A DNA stretch of 64,000 bases from a virus. The DNA lies in IMG/VR virus record IMGVR_UViG_3300010965_000002, positions 32,001 through 96,000 of that record; one strand, 5' to 3'. Numbering within the stretch: position 1 is the first letter of the stretch; every line of letters starts with the position of its first letter. A model generated the notes under the pieces. The model was not told where the DNA came from, made no database searches, and saw only the letters and a program-made list of their open reading frames with translations. Below are positions 63,909-64,000 of the stretch, one piece after another. A program made the translations under genes and the position numbers.

Positions 63909-64000
63909 GCGGCTTTTTATTCCCCACAATGAGTCAAGGACCCAGCGACGTGTATATGGCGCGTGGTCGTCTGAGCCTCAGCGGTATTGGTGACTGGTAT
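63905..64000 (+). CDS. Partial CDS (runs off window)
   Basis: ATGA overlap; MSGFLFPTMSQGPSDVYMARGRLSLSGIGDWY. Confidence 0.55.
   Translation, partial: MSGFLFPTMSQGPSDVYMARGRLSLSGIGDWY

Noticed and set aside
1-64000. Prophage or tailocin within a bacterial chromosome
   Set aside because: No host housekeeping synteny, integrase or repressor. Capsid genes and a long run of small orphan early genes indicate a large phage genome, though the lifestyle cannot be proven from this window.

Overview
This is a 64 kb fragment of a large tailed phage with a contractile (myovirus-type) tail. No integrase or host housekeeping synteny is visible. Positions 1-26.9 kb are a minus-strand accessory region of about 60 mostly small genes, driven by three near-identical sigma70-type promoters, each preceded by helically phased A/T tracts. 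Recognisable products there include ClpS, dCTP deaminase, a PC4-like SSB, two HD-domain hydrolases, an SF2 helicase, a papain-like protease, a lytic transglycosylase and an HNH endonuclease. From 27.1 kb to the end, the plus strand carries the virion module: putative scaffold, decoration protein, major capsid, sheath, two tube-like proteins, tail chaperone, two paralogous tape-measure-like proteins with different peptidoglycan hydrolases, baseplate (interrupted by an antisense HNH gene), and a large fibre/Ig-domain cluster containing a GT2 glycosyltransferase. Portal and terminase are not seen in the window. From recalled similarity of Dcd (not a database result), the host is probably a betaproteobacterium (Comamonadaceae-like). 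The strongest finding is at 1039-1604: a tRNA(CAT) gene is split in its anticodon stem by a 489-bp cassette carrying an HNH endonuclease plus a complete, sequence-diverged replacement tRNA(CAT). Other strong leads are two virion-region proteins ending in (T/S)P(P)VG repeats near the glycosyltransferase, the twin tape-measure paralogs, a candidate +1 frameshift in the tail chaperone, and a low-GC helicase-plus-paralog block. All product calls rest on motif recognition by eye; no searches were run.
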